Positions 41,952 through 51,734 of a stretch of 64,000 nt of DNA are shown in pieces. The position numbers were made by a program, and so were the translations under genes. Where the stretch lies: contig CAISGE010000023.1 in assembly GCA_903884815.1 (NCBI GenBank), forward strand, positions 252 through 64,251, given 5' to 3'. The DNA comes from Candidatus Omnitrophota bacterium. Lineage in GTDB: Bacteria > Omnitrophota > Omnitrophia > Omnitrophales > Aquincolibacteriaceae. The notes below the pieces were generated by a model. That model was not told the DNA's origin. It was given only the letters and a program-made list of their open reading frames with translations, and did no database searches. Numbering within the stretch: the stretch's first letter is position 1; the number at the start of each line of letters is the position of its first letter.

Positions 41952-43027
41952 CGTTTGATTACTCCTTTTTCGTCGAAAACTGCGGTGACCCGCAGCGATT
42001 GTATTTTGTGGCTCACCCGGGCGATCACCCGCGAGCTAAAAAAGTGCGACTTAAGCGTCAGAGTCCCCGTTTGGGCGACTGCCTCAAAATTGGAGCGGTC
42101 ATTATCATTTAAATAGCTTTCATTAGCAAGCACTTGAGGGACCGTCGAAAGCTCGTCAAACGCCTGATCGTCCGCAGTCCCCTCCACTTTGTCATGCCCG
42201 GCCCGGTAGGCAAGGATTTTATCGCAAAGGGATGGGAGAAAACCGAGCGCCGCTAGGACAGTCCTGGAGGCCGTGTTCAAATTTACCTGGCCTGCACTGT
42301 CCAGGGTGATATAGGACAGGATCTGCTGATAGATCCCGGGCTTCATGCCCTTAATCCATTGGAGCTCCGCCAAGGTCACTACTTTTCCATTCCGGGGGAT
42401 ATAACCCGGACTCAAACTCTGATAGTAGGTGCTTTCAGCCCCGAGGGGAAACGTGTCATCATCAGCATCCTCCCAGTCCCTTATCGAATCCACCAGCCCC
42501 TGAGCGTCATCCTTCGTTATGGATGCGGCTAACATGAAGAGGTTTCGCAGAACATCCGGCGATTTAATAAGGTTGATATTGATCTTACGCTCCTCATCCA
42601 TGACGCCATATTGAAGAGCCTCTCCCGACGCATGGGGCTTCCCCGCCGAAGTCGCCGGCTCAAGAATTACAGAAAAGGTACCATCCCCGACTTGAATTTC
42701 TTTAAACGCGGGTTCATTCCGGCTCCAACTCTGATTGAGAGCGTCAAACGGAAGGGGTTTCTCACGGAATTTCAACAGCACATAGATCGCCTTTTGAACC
42801 CCGGCCTCTCCGACGAGGCGTAACTTCTGACGGACCTCCAACCGCGACAAGACCTGAAACTTCTGTCGCACGGTATATCCCACGGTCAGAGTAAACATCG
42901 TGATCAGAATAAGCACAAAAAAACAAACAATCAGAATACTTCCTCTTTGGTTTTCAGAATCTCTTAAAAAAAAGCGTGTAAACAAGTGACTCCCCTTTTC
43001 CTGATTGATAGAAGCTCCGCCCGGCAC
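41924..43027 (-). CDS. gspK: GspK-like minor pseudopilin
   Basis: RG|SILIVCFF prepilin site, DEERKININ, DSIRDWEDAD, EL.WIKGM, VNLNTAS. Confidence 0.88.
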   Translation of the reverse strand: MPGGASINQEKGSHLFTRFFLRDSENQRGSILIVCFFVLILITMFTLTVGYTVRQKFQVLSRLEVRQKLRLVGEAGVQKAIYVLLKFREKPLPFDALNQSWSRNEPAFKEIQVGDGTFSVILEPATSAGKPHASGEALQYGVMDEERKININLIKSPDVLRNLFMLAASITKDDAQGLVDSIRDWEDADDDTFPLGAESTYYQSLSPGYIPRNGKVVTLAELQWIKGMKPGIYQQILSYITLDSAGQVNLNTASRTVLAALGFLPSLCDKILAYRAGHDKVEGTADDQAFDELSTVPQVLANESYLNDNDRSNFEAVAQTGTLTLKSHFFSSRVIARVSHKIQSLRVTAVFDEKGVIKRWEESFGVS

Positions 43028-43034
43028 CGGAAGG

Positions 43035-43382
43035 TCAGACGATCCGCGCCTGGGAAGACTCGTTCGCCGTTTCTTTCTTTGCGGCAGGCGCTTTCATAGC
43101 CGCGATCTGCGTCGAAAGCTTGTCGACCTTTGCGGAAAGCTGATCGAGTTTTAAAGAGAGCTGATCGAAATAACGTTTCATGTATTTGTCCAGACCCTCG
43201 GGGCCGTAGATCCCCGCCGTATTCTCCATTTTCCGGTCCTCCGCAATATTCCAAGCAACGCCCAACTTCCGGACCGAAACGTCCTTATCGGAAGCTTCAG
43301 ATCCTGCCAACGCGACAGAGATCACACCTCCTGACACAAGAAGCATTAAAAAAAAAGCCGCAAAGTTTCGAAGCAACATCAT
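43035..43382 (-). CDS. Hypothetical exported coiled-coil protein
   Basis: Signal peptide; LSLKLDQLSAKVDKLS heptads; tight spacing to gspK. Confidence 0.65.
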   Translation of the reverse strand: MMLLRNFAAFFLMLLVSGGVISVALAGSEASDKDVSVRKLGVAWNIAEDRKMENTAGIYGPEGLDKYMKRYFDQLSLKLDQLSAKVDKLSTQIAAMKAPAAKKETANESSQARIV

Positions 43383-43429
43383 TCACCCCCTTGAGTTCTT
43401 AAAACCTAAATGCATTCCAAAATTTCAAT

Positions 43430-46036
43430 TTACCGCCCGAGGTCTTGTTCTCGAAGTCTTTGACGATCAAGTTCGAAAACCCGGATGACCGTCCCGCCCT
43501 GAAGCGTCCCCCGGCTGACCTTCGGTTTGAAGAGTGAAAGTCCCTGACCTTGAAGATAATACAGTCTGAACAAGAGGGAACGGATAAGCCTCGCGTCGGC
43601 GAGCACGGAATATAAAGAACCTTGGTCCTCAAAAATAAGCGCAGAAATGTTCACGGCGTCCTTCTGAAACGCCTTCTCCTGGAGTTGCCCGTTTTCAACA
43701 TAGAACAAACGGGTGGGCGCACCCTGAATCCCCTTATCCGGAACAAAAACTACAGCCTCTTTTGTCGCCAGATTCACACGCAGACCGTTCCCGAATGAAA
43801 CAACGTCCCCTTCTTTCCGGGACAACGCGGCAACAGGCGTGTACTTAAGCCATTCCCCGGAAGTCTGGATGAGATCTCGAACGTATCGCGTTACAGAATC
43901 CCTTTCCAACATCCCCTCGTTGCCAGTTCCATTCTTTTTCTTCTGAGCCTGAAGACTTTTGGCTTTTCTGAAATCCCAGTTCGCGACAACGGTGACGGCA
44001 AGGTTTTGCTCCACCAGATCGTTATAGATCAGCAAGTATGAGGGGGGCACATCTCCGCGGCCGTGTGTTTTGTTCAGAAACTCTTCCTTCTGCTCCTGGG
44101 TCCAAGCCGGCGGCAGATTCCGAAGTGCTTCAGGACGGCTAAGAGGCGTGACCTTCAGGATCAGATCTACGGCCTCGGGGACATCCATCCCCCACCGCTC
44201 GAGAAGTTCGGGGGCATCATCGCCGCTGGTGTTAATCATCCGAAGGATCCCGGCGGCCTCCCTCTCGTCCTCCGCCATCAGGACCTTGGAAATCCAATAG
44301 GAAATATGCAAATGCTGGGTTCCGCCATCGACGATGACGCGCCGATGCGCGATCCCAGTGATAAAATAACCAGGCGGCCACCAGCTGTCCACGATCGCAT
44401 TCTCGGGGGTTTTCGCCCTTACATCCGTTAACGCTTCATACCAGACGTCATCCATGATCGGCCGTATCGCCATCGCTACAATATGTGCGGTTATGAGAAG
44501 TAAAGGCGCAAAAATAAGAACGACTGGGATAACCGCGACCACACGGGATATCCTCACTTTCCCGGCCAGACCCGGCAGGATCCTGGGAAGCATGCCTTGA
44601 GCCCAAGCTACAAAACGCATTGCAGCAAAACCGGAAAAGATCGCGAGGGGCAACACAAAGAGCACCGAGAATCGTTCCGTTTTAATGGACAACATCAAAA
44701 TTGGAGCCGAGAAACACAAGAAAAAGAGGAACCGGAAACGCTCCGCGGGATCCTGACGTTTGAAGACATAAAACCCTTCCCACAAAAAGCCCACCACGGC
44801 GATCGCGAACGTCACGTAGTTGCCGGTCAAAAAGATAAGTTTTCGAAGTGTGATACTCCCGGCTTCACCGACGGTCAGGAAAATATTGGGCCAGAGATCA
44901 AAATCCGCGAGCGAAAATTTATTAATGGCAAACCAATCCCGGTTCAACGAATCGATCAAAACCTCCGGGGTTAAAAAGATGGACGCCGCGGCCAGCCATC
45001 CCAAAACATAGATCCCTCCGAAGAGGAGCATTCTCTTTAAAAGATCGGACTTTGCGGTTCTTTGAAGGGCCCACAATCCAAGCGCCCCTCCGAGAAGACT
45101 TGCTGGGATAAGAACTCCAATGAAGGCCCAACCCGGCCAAAACATAGAATAAAGCCCTGTCATAAGCGAAGCTCCCAGGATCCCCGGCCAAAACCATTTT
45201 TTGTCATGAAGCCCATGGAAAACAAAGATGAGGATCAAGATCGGAAAGATATAATTATAGGGATCCGTGTCATACCATCCCAATGCACTCCTCTGTATAA
45301 AGATTGGAGAAAAGAGGATCACCGAAAGGCCGATCACACTCGCGACAAATGGGAGCCTGAGGACCTTCCCAAACCAGGCGTAAATCGGTATTATTAATAA
45401 AGTCAACAGCAGAGGAAAAAACCCAAGGGTTTTCATAAGATCTGCCTGGGGCTTGAAGAACCGGACAAGCTTATACCAATAGAGTCCCAGGTAAGGATGA
45501 AAAAGGATCTCCGTCAAATGGCCGTGCGGCGCTTCACGGAGCGGCTCAAGATATTTCCCGCCACGTTGCAACTCGGCGATCCGTCCCGTCTGAAGCAGCT
45601 TTTCTGTTTGGCCAAAAAAATAGTAGGGATCCGCTTCAAGCAGATAGTGATATCCCCCCCCCGTCCGAACGTTGGTGATGTTCAAAAGGGTGCTCTTCAC
45701 GGTCCTTTCATAATTCTCATGATCGCCAGATTTAAGATTTTGAACTTGCAGATCTGTCAGCCTCTCTCTTTCGGAGATTGGAAGCTTTGAAAATTGCTTT
45801 TCGACGGCAGAACGGACCTGCGCCCTTAGGCCTCGATCCACGATCTGGCGGGCGATAGAATCCTGAGAGCGAAGTGACACGGATGGACCGCCGTGAAGGG
45901 AATAAGTACGAAAATAGATGGCCAAAAAGGCGAGCACGAGTAGGATCAGAATTTTTTTCATCGGAAATGATGCAGACTTCGAATGTGGCATGGTCGCAAC
46001 AGACTTCCCCTCTTTAAAAATCTTTGTGTTCCTCAT
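43430..46036 (-). CDS. STT3/PglB/AglB-family oligosaccharyltransferase (variant motif)
   Basis: ADPYY, RSALGWYDTD, TVGE, TPENAIVDSWWPPGY, DGG.Q; about 13 TMs plus periplasmic C-domain. Confidence 0.85.
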   Translation of the reverse strand: MRNTKIFKEGKSVATMPHSKSASFPMKKILILLVLAFLAIYFRTYSLHGGPSVSLRSQDSIARQIVDRGLRAQVRSAVEKQFSKLPISERERLTDLQVQNLKSGDHENYERTVKSTLLNITNVRTGGGYHYLLEADPYYFFGQTEKLLQTGRIAELQRGGKYLEPLREAPHGHLTEILFHPYLGLYWYKLVRFFKPQADLMKTLGFFPLLLTLLIIPIYAWFGKVLRLPFVASVIGLSVILFSPIFIQRSALGWYDTDPYNYIFPILILIFVFHGLHDKKWFWPGILGASLMTGLYSMFWPGWAFIGVLIPASLLGGALGLWALQRTAKSDLLKRMLLFGGIYVLGWLAAASIFLTPEVLIDSLNRDWFAINKFSLADFDLWPNIFLTVGEAGSITLRKLIFLTGNYVTFAIAVVGFLWEGFYVFKRQDPAERFRFLFFLCFSAPILMLSIKTERFSVLFVLPLAIFSGFAAMRFVAWAQGMLPRILPGLAGKVRISRVVAVIPVVLIFAPLLLITAHIVAMAIRPIMDDVWYEALTDVRAKTPENAIVDSWWPPGYFITGIAHRRVIVDGGTQHLHISYWISKVLMAEDEREAAGILRMINTSGDDAPELLERWGMDVPEAVDLILKVTPLSRPEALRNLPPAWTQEQKEEFLNKTHGRGDVPPSYLLIYNDLVEQNLAVTVVANWDFRKAKSLQAQKKKNGTGNEGMLERDSVTRYVRDLIQTSGEWLKYTPVAALSRKEGDVVSFGNGLRVNLATKEAVVFVPDKGIQGAPTRLFYVENGQLQEKAFQKDAVNISALIFEDQGSLYSVLADARLIRSLLFRLYYLQGQGLSLFKPKVSRGTLQGGTVIRVFELDRQRLREQDLGR

Positions 46037-46070
46037 GATCTATAGCATAATAGACTAAAATTAGCCCCCT

Positions 46071-46781
46071 ATGGAACCTAAAATTCTAATCATCGTTCCG
46101 GCCTTCAATGAGTCGGGATCCATCGCAAGGCTTATCAAAGAGATCCGCACCTCCCTACCTCAAGCCGACCTTGTCATCATCAACGATGGCTCCCGTGACC
46201 TCACAGAAGAAGAGGCCACGAAAGCCGGTGCTTTGGTCGCGACATTGCCCTTCAATCTCGGGATCGGAGGGAGTGTCCAGACGGGTTATCAGATTGCATT
46301 TGAACAAAATTATGATGTCGCGGTCCAGATCGACGGCGACGGTCAGCATGACCCCGCTTATGCCGCAGAGTTGATCCAACCCGTGCTAGAGGGCCGCTTG
46401 GACTTATGCATCGGCAGCCGATTCATGGACGGCCCCTCCTCAGAAAATTTCAGGTCCACCCCCCTCAGACGCTTCGGGATCAGGTTCTTTTGCCGTCTCC
46501 TGGGAGTATTGACGGGGCTCCAACTGACGGACCCGACCTCGGGATTCCGGGCAGCCAGCAAAGCGCTCATCAAACATTTTGCGCATTATTATCCGGTGGA
46601 TTTCCCGGAACCTGAAACCATTAAGATCGCTCAACGCCACAGTGCTCTGGTCGGAGAAATCCCTGTACGCATGCGAGAGCGACAAGGCGGCCGGTCTTCC
46701 ATACGTTATTTCACGACTCTTTATTATATGGCCAAAGTCACACTGGCCATTCTGATCGACATGCTCAAGAAAAACCCCTAG
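46071..46781 (+). CDS. GT2 glycosyltransferase (Dol-P-Man synthase-like)
   Basis: IVPAFNE, NDGSRD, DGDGQHDP, TDPTSGFRA. Confidence 0.92.
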   Translation: MEPKILIIVPAFNESGSIARLIKEIRTSLPQADLVIINDGSRDLTEEEATKAGALVATLPFNLGIGGSVQTGYQIAFEQNYDVAVQIDGDGQHDPAYAAELIQPVLEGRLDLCIGSRFMDGPSSENFRSTPLRRFGIRFFCRLLGVLTGLQLTDPTSGFRAASKALIKHFAHYYPVDFPEPETIKIAQRHSALVGEIPVRMRERQGGRSSIRYFTTLYYMAKVTLAILIDMLKKNP

Positions 46782-46791
46782 GAGGTTTCAA

Positions 46792-47154
46792 ATGCAGCCC
46801 AAAACGTTCGCGCTCATCATGACAGCATTTATTCTGATCTCTGTTATTAATCTTATCCGACGTCAAAAAATGACTTTCAAATACGCCCTTGCCTGGCTCA
46901 CATCCTGCACCCTCGTGATCATTTTGACGATCCAGGATTCGTGGATCGGAAGCCTCGCGGAATGGGCCGGTTTTGCCCTGACAAGCAATTTTATCTTCTT
47001 CCTGCTGCTTATCTTCGTGATTTTTTTCAGTCTCCTGCTGACCATCCACATCAACGAGCAGAACAGCAGGACAGAATCCCTCGCTCAGGCGCTTGCGAAG
47101 CTGGATCATCGTCTTAAGAAACTCGAAAAGGAAGGATCCTGCAGAGGCCACTAG
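46792..47154 (+). CDS. DUF2304 family membrane protein
   Basis: Three TMs, YALAW, C-terminal LAQALA coiled coil; usual partner of the preceding GT2. Confidence 0.82.
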   Translation: MQPKTFALIMTAFILISVINLIRRQKMTFKYALAWLTSCTLVIILTIQDSWIGSLAEWAGFALTSNFIFFLLLIFVIFFSLLLTIHINEQNSRTESLAQALAKLDHRLKKLEKEGSCRGH

Positions 47155-47318
47155 TACTGTTCTCCATTTAATCTTGGGGTTAAGAGTACTGCCCAAGTGA
47201 TTTTTTCTTTTCGTTCATGGCGAATTGGGCTGCCCCAATTTCCGTCTCACGGAAACTGATAAGAATTGGGACTGTAACGCCAACTCATGTTTTAAATTGT
47301 TAGGCGGTACTAGCGGTT

Positions 47319-48134
47319 TTATTTTAACTGGAAGGGATTGCTGGTAGTTGTAGGATTTGTGTTTTCGGAGGATACGGGAGTAGCTGTCTCTTCAGAGAAA
47401 AAACTGGAATCCTGGGATTCCTTGACGGTGTTTTCAACATAAGGTTCGGCGGGACCTTCCTCCTGTTTGATCTTGGAGATCTCCCCTCCTCGAAGCACCA
47501 ACTCAAGATAAGATGCCAGATCTTCCCGGCCCATGCTCCTTAGCTTCGAGATGGACTGCAAAGTCAACGGTGATTTCCCCATCTGAATATAGGAAAGCCC
47601 GAGGGCGTAATAAGCCTCCGGGAAATCGGGGAAATGGTCGATCGTTTTTTGAAAATATTCTGCCGCTTCTTCCGGCCTCTCCTGAGTCGTCAGCGTAAAC
47701 CAACCAAGTCCGAAATAGGCCTTAACATACTGAGGGTCGACTTCGAGTGTTTTTTTGAAATACTTTCCGGCCAGACCGGGATTGTTCGCCGGCCCCGCAT
47801 AAGTAGAGGCGAGGTTGAAAAGAGCATCGGCCAGATTGGGATCGATCCGAAGGGCCTGCTGAAAGGACCCTATGGCACTTTGAATCGATTGATTCTGCTC
47901 CAAATAAATCGTTCCAATCAGGTTGTAGATCATCGCCTGGTTAGGATCCTCATCAAGAGAAGACTTCAAAACGGCGATCGACTCGTCGTAATTCCCCGCG
48001 GTAAAGGAATCCATCGCACGCTGGTAATCCTCACGGGAAATCGCCGCCCATGAAACATGGCCGCACAAGAGGCAAAGCCCCACTGCCAGGGCAAACACTT
48101 TCATATCACAAACTCTTAGTCCCTTGGATATCAC
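47319..48134 (-). CDS. Exported TPR protein (start possibly near 48104)
   Basis: Signal peptide and 4-5 TPRs; last gene of the contiguous ATPase/T2SS run. Confidence 0.8.
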   Translation of the reverse strand: MISKGLRVCDMKVFALAVGLCLLCGHVSWAAISREDYQRAMDSFTAGNYDESIAVLKSSLDEDPNQAMIYNLIGTIYLEQNQSIQSAIGSFQQALRIDPNLADALFNLASTYAGPANNPGLAGKYFKKTLEVDPQYVKAYFGLGWFTLTTQERPEEAAEYFQKTIDHFPDFPEAYYALGLSYIQMGKSPLTLQSISKLRSMGREDLASYLELVLRGGEISKIKQEEGPAEPYVENTVKESQDSSFFSEETATPVSSENTNPTTTSNPFQLK

Positions 48135-48720
48135 TGATATTCTCCGAAGCGATCAAAATACGTGAAATATCAAAGGTGCACTTGGTGATTTCAGAACCCT
48201 TGGACTTGGGGCCCATGGTATAGCCTTCGACCTGAAAAAGGTAATCGGATTGTTCCAGAAGGTTAATAAAGGAGAGGACGTTCCCCAGCTTCCCTTCGCA
48301 GTCAATGCTGGTCTTATAGACCCGAAAATTGGACTTCTCCTCCACGGCCCCTGGCCGCGTGTTGGTCACCGTCACCGATTGCTGCCCCGCAAGGGTCTCG
48401 ATCTTCTTGAGAAGCGCCGCGACGATCTGCTCCTGCGTCATTTCTCCGGTATCGAGATAAGTGCTGTATTTCGAATACTCCTGCAAAATCCCCTCACGGA
48501 AAGAAACGACCCGTTTGCTGCGCCGGAGACTCTCCTTCTGGGCTTTGCCCTCTGCCTCAAGGTTTTCCATTTGCGACGTAAATGGACCGATCATGAGCCG
48601 GTCCATCAGGGCGAAAGCCAGAAAGGTCGCTGCCACAATAAAAAGAACCCTGCTTTTGCCGCTCAGTTTTGAGAAGATCTCTTCGATGTTGAAGTTAATC
48701 TCTTTTTTTCCTTTAGCCAT
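48106..48720 (-). CDS. PilO/GspM-like protein
   Basis: One TM, coiled coil, CEGKLGNVLSFINLLE. Confidence 0.72.
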   Translation of the reverse strand: MAKGKKEINFNIEEIFSKLSGKSRVLFIVAATFLAFALMDRLMIGPFTSQMENLEAEGKAQKESLRRSKRVVSFREGILQEYSKYSTYLDTGEMTQEQIVAALLKKIETLAGQQSVTVTNTRPGAVEEKSNFRVYKTSIDCEGKLGNVLSFINLLEQSDYLFQVEGYTMGPKSKGSEITKCTFDISRILIASENISDIQGTKSL

Positions 48721-48724
48721 ACCT

Positions 48725-50254
48725 TCAAAATCCCTTCGCCAGAACGCAATCGATCACAAAATCCGCAACATCGTCCTTGCCTTCCTTACGAGACTTTGTT
48801 TCTTTGGTCTCGACCTTGCTGAAATAATTGGACTGCATGAGCTGTGTCACAAAAGCAAAAACACGCGACATGGAAGCAGCCGTCCCCGCGATGGAGACAT
48901 TCCCCTCGCTGCTGTAATTCACCTGGGAAAGATAAAGATCATCTCCGATAAACCCGTTGATCACATTGAGCACCGTAAGCTCTTTCCCGCGACTTTCGAT
49001 CAGCTTCTTCACGATGCGGTTCTTGGTGGATACGACCTCCAGGCGCTTGGCCTCTTCGCCGAATTTCTCGCTGACCTGGTCCAGCTTCTGGTTGACAATT
49101 TTTCTGAAATAGATCTTACTGCCCATGATCAGACTCGCCAAAAGAAAGACCGCCATGATCAGGATCCCGAGCCCGAGGATGTCGCGACTCGATTCCCGGA
49201 CCCGTCGCCTCAGCTTCAATTCCGGCAGAAGCAGATTGACCTTTGCCTGATCCGAATGTGCCAGCACCGAAAAGATCTCAAAAAATGAAAACTGAGGCGC
49301 CTGCTGGACGATCCCCATCACAGACTGGCTAACATTAAAATACTTCCTGTAATCAAAACTTGAAACCTCGATCTTTCCGAAATACGGAGAATCTGGTTTC
49401 CTAAACTCTTCCTCAAGAGCAACGCTACTTTCGGTAAAACCGGTAACCCACAACCGCTCGACTTGCTGCCCCACCCCTTGATCATGATAGGCGCTGATGG
49501 AACGATTCAACTCCTGGGTAAAGTCATTCCGCGCCTGCTCGGGATTCTTCTTCAAGGCGGTCGCTCCCACGGGGATATTGCGCACAAAAACAACCTGGCT
49601 CCCGTCGATCACCGTCAGCTCCGAATATTCCTCCCCCACATGAAGGCCGCCCAAAGCGCCTTTTAATGGAGCTCCTTTCGCAGCCTCGATGTAAGTTGTT
49701 GCCATGCAATCAGATGCGATAACTACTTTTTCAGTCTGGAGCCGAGCGCCTTGAAAAATGGCGGCCAGGCGATCCGCGATCTTCCGGTTGACGATAAAAA
49801 GAAGAACGCTCGTAAAATGCTGAACCAGGGACTCGAGGCACACGAAATCGATTACGATCTCATCGCGCCCGTACGGAGTAAAACGGCCGGCCTGAAGATC
49901 GATGATCTTCGAGACTTCTTCTTTTTCTGTCGAAGGAATATCCACGTTCTTGAAGATGAATTGCTTGGAGGGAATAAGGCAAAGCGCCTGCGTCGGAACC
50001 ACCTTGCGGGCCTGGCAATAGAGCAGCAGGATGTGGGAGATCTCGGCGTCCGTCTTTTTAGAAACATCCTCGGCCGCCACGCCTTCAATGAGAAAACCGC
50101 CCGGGCCCATTTGGCCATGCCCGATCTTGAGGATCTCGGAACCCAGAGACACCACTAAGGTCACGGAGGGTGCGGAAAATTTCATGAACTTCAAAAAACT
50201 CTTGCTCGGCTCACCCGGCATGCTTGTTCTCCTAGCCCCTGCACTCTGTTTCAT
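48725..50254 (-). CDS. PilM-PilN-like fusion (GspL architecture)
   Basis: Actin-like domain (FVRNIPVG, LWVTG), VNLLLP, TM, PilN-like C-domain (IAGTA..VFAFVTQL..SNYF); start at the ATG overlapping the previous stop. Confidence 0.8.
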   Translation of the reverse strand: MKQSAGARRTSMPGEPSKSFLKFMKFSAPSVTLVVSLGSEILKIGHGQMGPGGFLIEGVAAEDVSKKTDAEISHILLLYCQARKVVPTQALCLIPSKQFIFKNVDIPSTEKEEVSKIIDLQAGRFTPYGRDEIVIDFVCLESLVQHFTSVLLFIVNRKIADRLAAIFQGARLQTEKVVIASDCMATTYIEAAKGAPLKGALGGLHVGEEYSELTVIDGSQVVFVRNIPVGATALKKNPEQARNDFTQELNRSISAYHDQGVGQQVERLWVTGFTESSVALEEEFRKPDSPYFGKIEVSSFDYRKYFNVSQSVMGIVQQAPQFSFFEIFSVLAHSDQAKVNLLLPELKLRRRVRESSRDILGLGILIMAVFLLASLIMGSKIYFRKIVNQKLDQVSEKFGEEAKRLEVVSTKNRIVKKLIESRGKELTVLNVINGFIGDDLYLSQVNYSSEGNVSIAGTAASMSRVFAFVTQLMQSNYFSKVETKETKSRKEGKDDVADFVIDCVLAKGF

Positions 50255-50853
50255 CCCGAACACGCGCCTCCCGTGGGCATCGGGATCATCCGAACCCATT
50301 TACGATGATTCATTTCTTTCGTCTCAATTGTAATCTTAACGGTCTCGGGAAAACAATCTTTATTCCACTGAGACACCCATCGATAATCTTTAGCCCTGGA
50401 ATCATAGGTATAATACTCCAGTGCAAAAGAGATCACACGATCGAGGATGGAATCGGATGTCCTCGGCAGTTTTTTCGCTGCCGTAAGGACCTCTTCGAAG
50501 GCATATTTTCGGGATATCACAGTACCCGCTTTGGAATCAAACACGTATTGGAAATAGACGGGCACCGGTGGTACCGACAACCGAGTTCCGTCACTGCCTA
50601 GGGTCGCAAAAAAAAACTCGGTCTGGTTCCCCTTCATGGCCCACTGGGGGTCATGAAAAGCATTACGAAGGTCTCCGGTGAGCCGCTCCCCCCAAAGATC
50701 CAACTTCCATTCACCGCGATCCTTAGAGGCGCGCGTCCAAAGGCGGAGACCTTGAGCAAACGTGGCATAGATCGCAGTGCCCAGCGAGGCCGTAATCACG
50801 ATCACCACGATCATTTCAACGAACGTAAACCCCTTAGCCCTTCCAATCCGCAT
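50251..50853 (-). CDS. GspJ-like minor pseudopilin
   Basis: KG|FTFVEMIVVI; C-terminal W..QW...FPETVKITI. Confidence 0.8.
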   Translation of the reverse strand: MRIGRAKGFTFVEMIVVIVITASLGTAIYATFAQGLRLWTRASKDRGEWKLDLWGERLTGDLRNAFHDPQWAMKGNQTEFFFATLGSDGTRLSVPPVPVYFQYVFDSKAGTVISRKYAFEEVLTAAKKLPRTSDSILDRVISFALEYYTYDSRAKDYRWVSQWNKDCFPETVKITIETKEMNHRKWVRMIPMPTGGACSG

Positions 50854-51250
50854 AAGGAACCCTCAGATAAAAAGTCCGTTTTAGAAAACGACTCGAACCA
50901 GAGCTTCCCCAGGAAATCGACGCAACCCCTTCCATCAAATAGGCGTCGGGACCTATTTCGTGAAGAGTCATGTCGTACTGATAGGTCCGGTCATCTCCAA
51001 GAAGCGTCCCGCTGTCCTGCCGCTTCTGAAATTCCTTCCCCTTCTCAAGAACCTCCCGTCCAAGCTCCCAAATTTTCCCCTCAAGAAGTCGTTCCGCCTG
51101 ACTTGAGCGTTCGATGACACTCAAAGCTGAAAAGGAATTTAAAAAAACACGCTGCACCGAAACGATCCCCACCGCAAGTATGACCATACTGAGGATCAAT
51201 TCGACAAGGGTGAAGCCGTTGCGACCGCAGGGCCTTATCATCGGCGACAA
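50834..51250 (-). CDS. GspI/PilV-like minor pseudopilin
   Basis: NG|FTLVELILSMVILAVGI. Confidence 0.78.
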   Translation of the reverse strand: MSPMIRPCGRNGFTLVELILSMVILAVGIVSVQRVFLNSFSALSVIERSSQAERLLEGKIWELGREVLEKGKEFQKRQDSGTLLGDDRTYQYDMTLHEIGPDAYLMEGVASISWGSSGSSRFLKRTFYLRVPYADWKG

Positions 51251-51259
51251 GAACGCCTC

Positions 51260-51718
51260 CTACTTTTTAGCTTCGGCCGCGACGACCCAGTTCACGATAT
51301 CATCCTTCGTAGCGTCCGGCTTAGGATCCTTTCCAAGTGAAGAAAGGTCATAATCATGCGGCCGGTTCGTTCCGGGAGACTGGTATTGATAGGGCCTTCC
51401 CCAGGCATCCACCGGCATTTTTTCAAGGTAGGGGCCATTCCAATTCTCCGGAATGGGCGTGGTCGTCGGTTTTTGGAGAAGGGCGAGAAGTCCCTGCTCG
51501 GTCGAGGGCAAGAAACCATTGTCCAACTCATAAAGTTTCAGCGCCGTGGGAATATTGACTTCAATATCGGTTTTCGTGGCAACCTGACGCGCTTGATCCG
51601 AACGGCCGGCGAGCCGCGGCACCACCATGGCTGAAAGCGTCGCAATGATGATCACCACTAAAATGATCTCGATCAGTGAAAATCCACGCATAGCCCTTTT
51701 AGATGAGTCCATTCTCAT
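51260..51718 (-). CDS. gspG: T2SS major pseudopilin G
   Basis: G|FSLIE, ALKLYELDNG..PSTEQGL.AL, WNGPYL, DAWG.PY.Y.SPG, DDI.NW. Confidence 0.95.
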   Translation of the reverse strand: MRMDSSKRAMRGFSLIEIILVVIIIATLSAMVVPRLAGRSDQARQVATKTDIEVNIPTALKLYELDNGFLPSTEQGLLALLQKPTTTPIPENWNGPYLEKMPVDAWGRPYQYQSPGTNRPHDYDLSSLGKDPKPDATKDDIVNWVVAAEAKK

Positions 51719-51734
51719 ATCTTACCCTCTCTGG

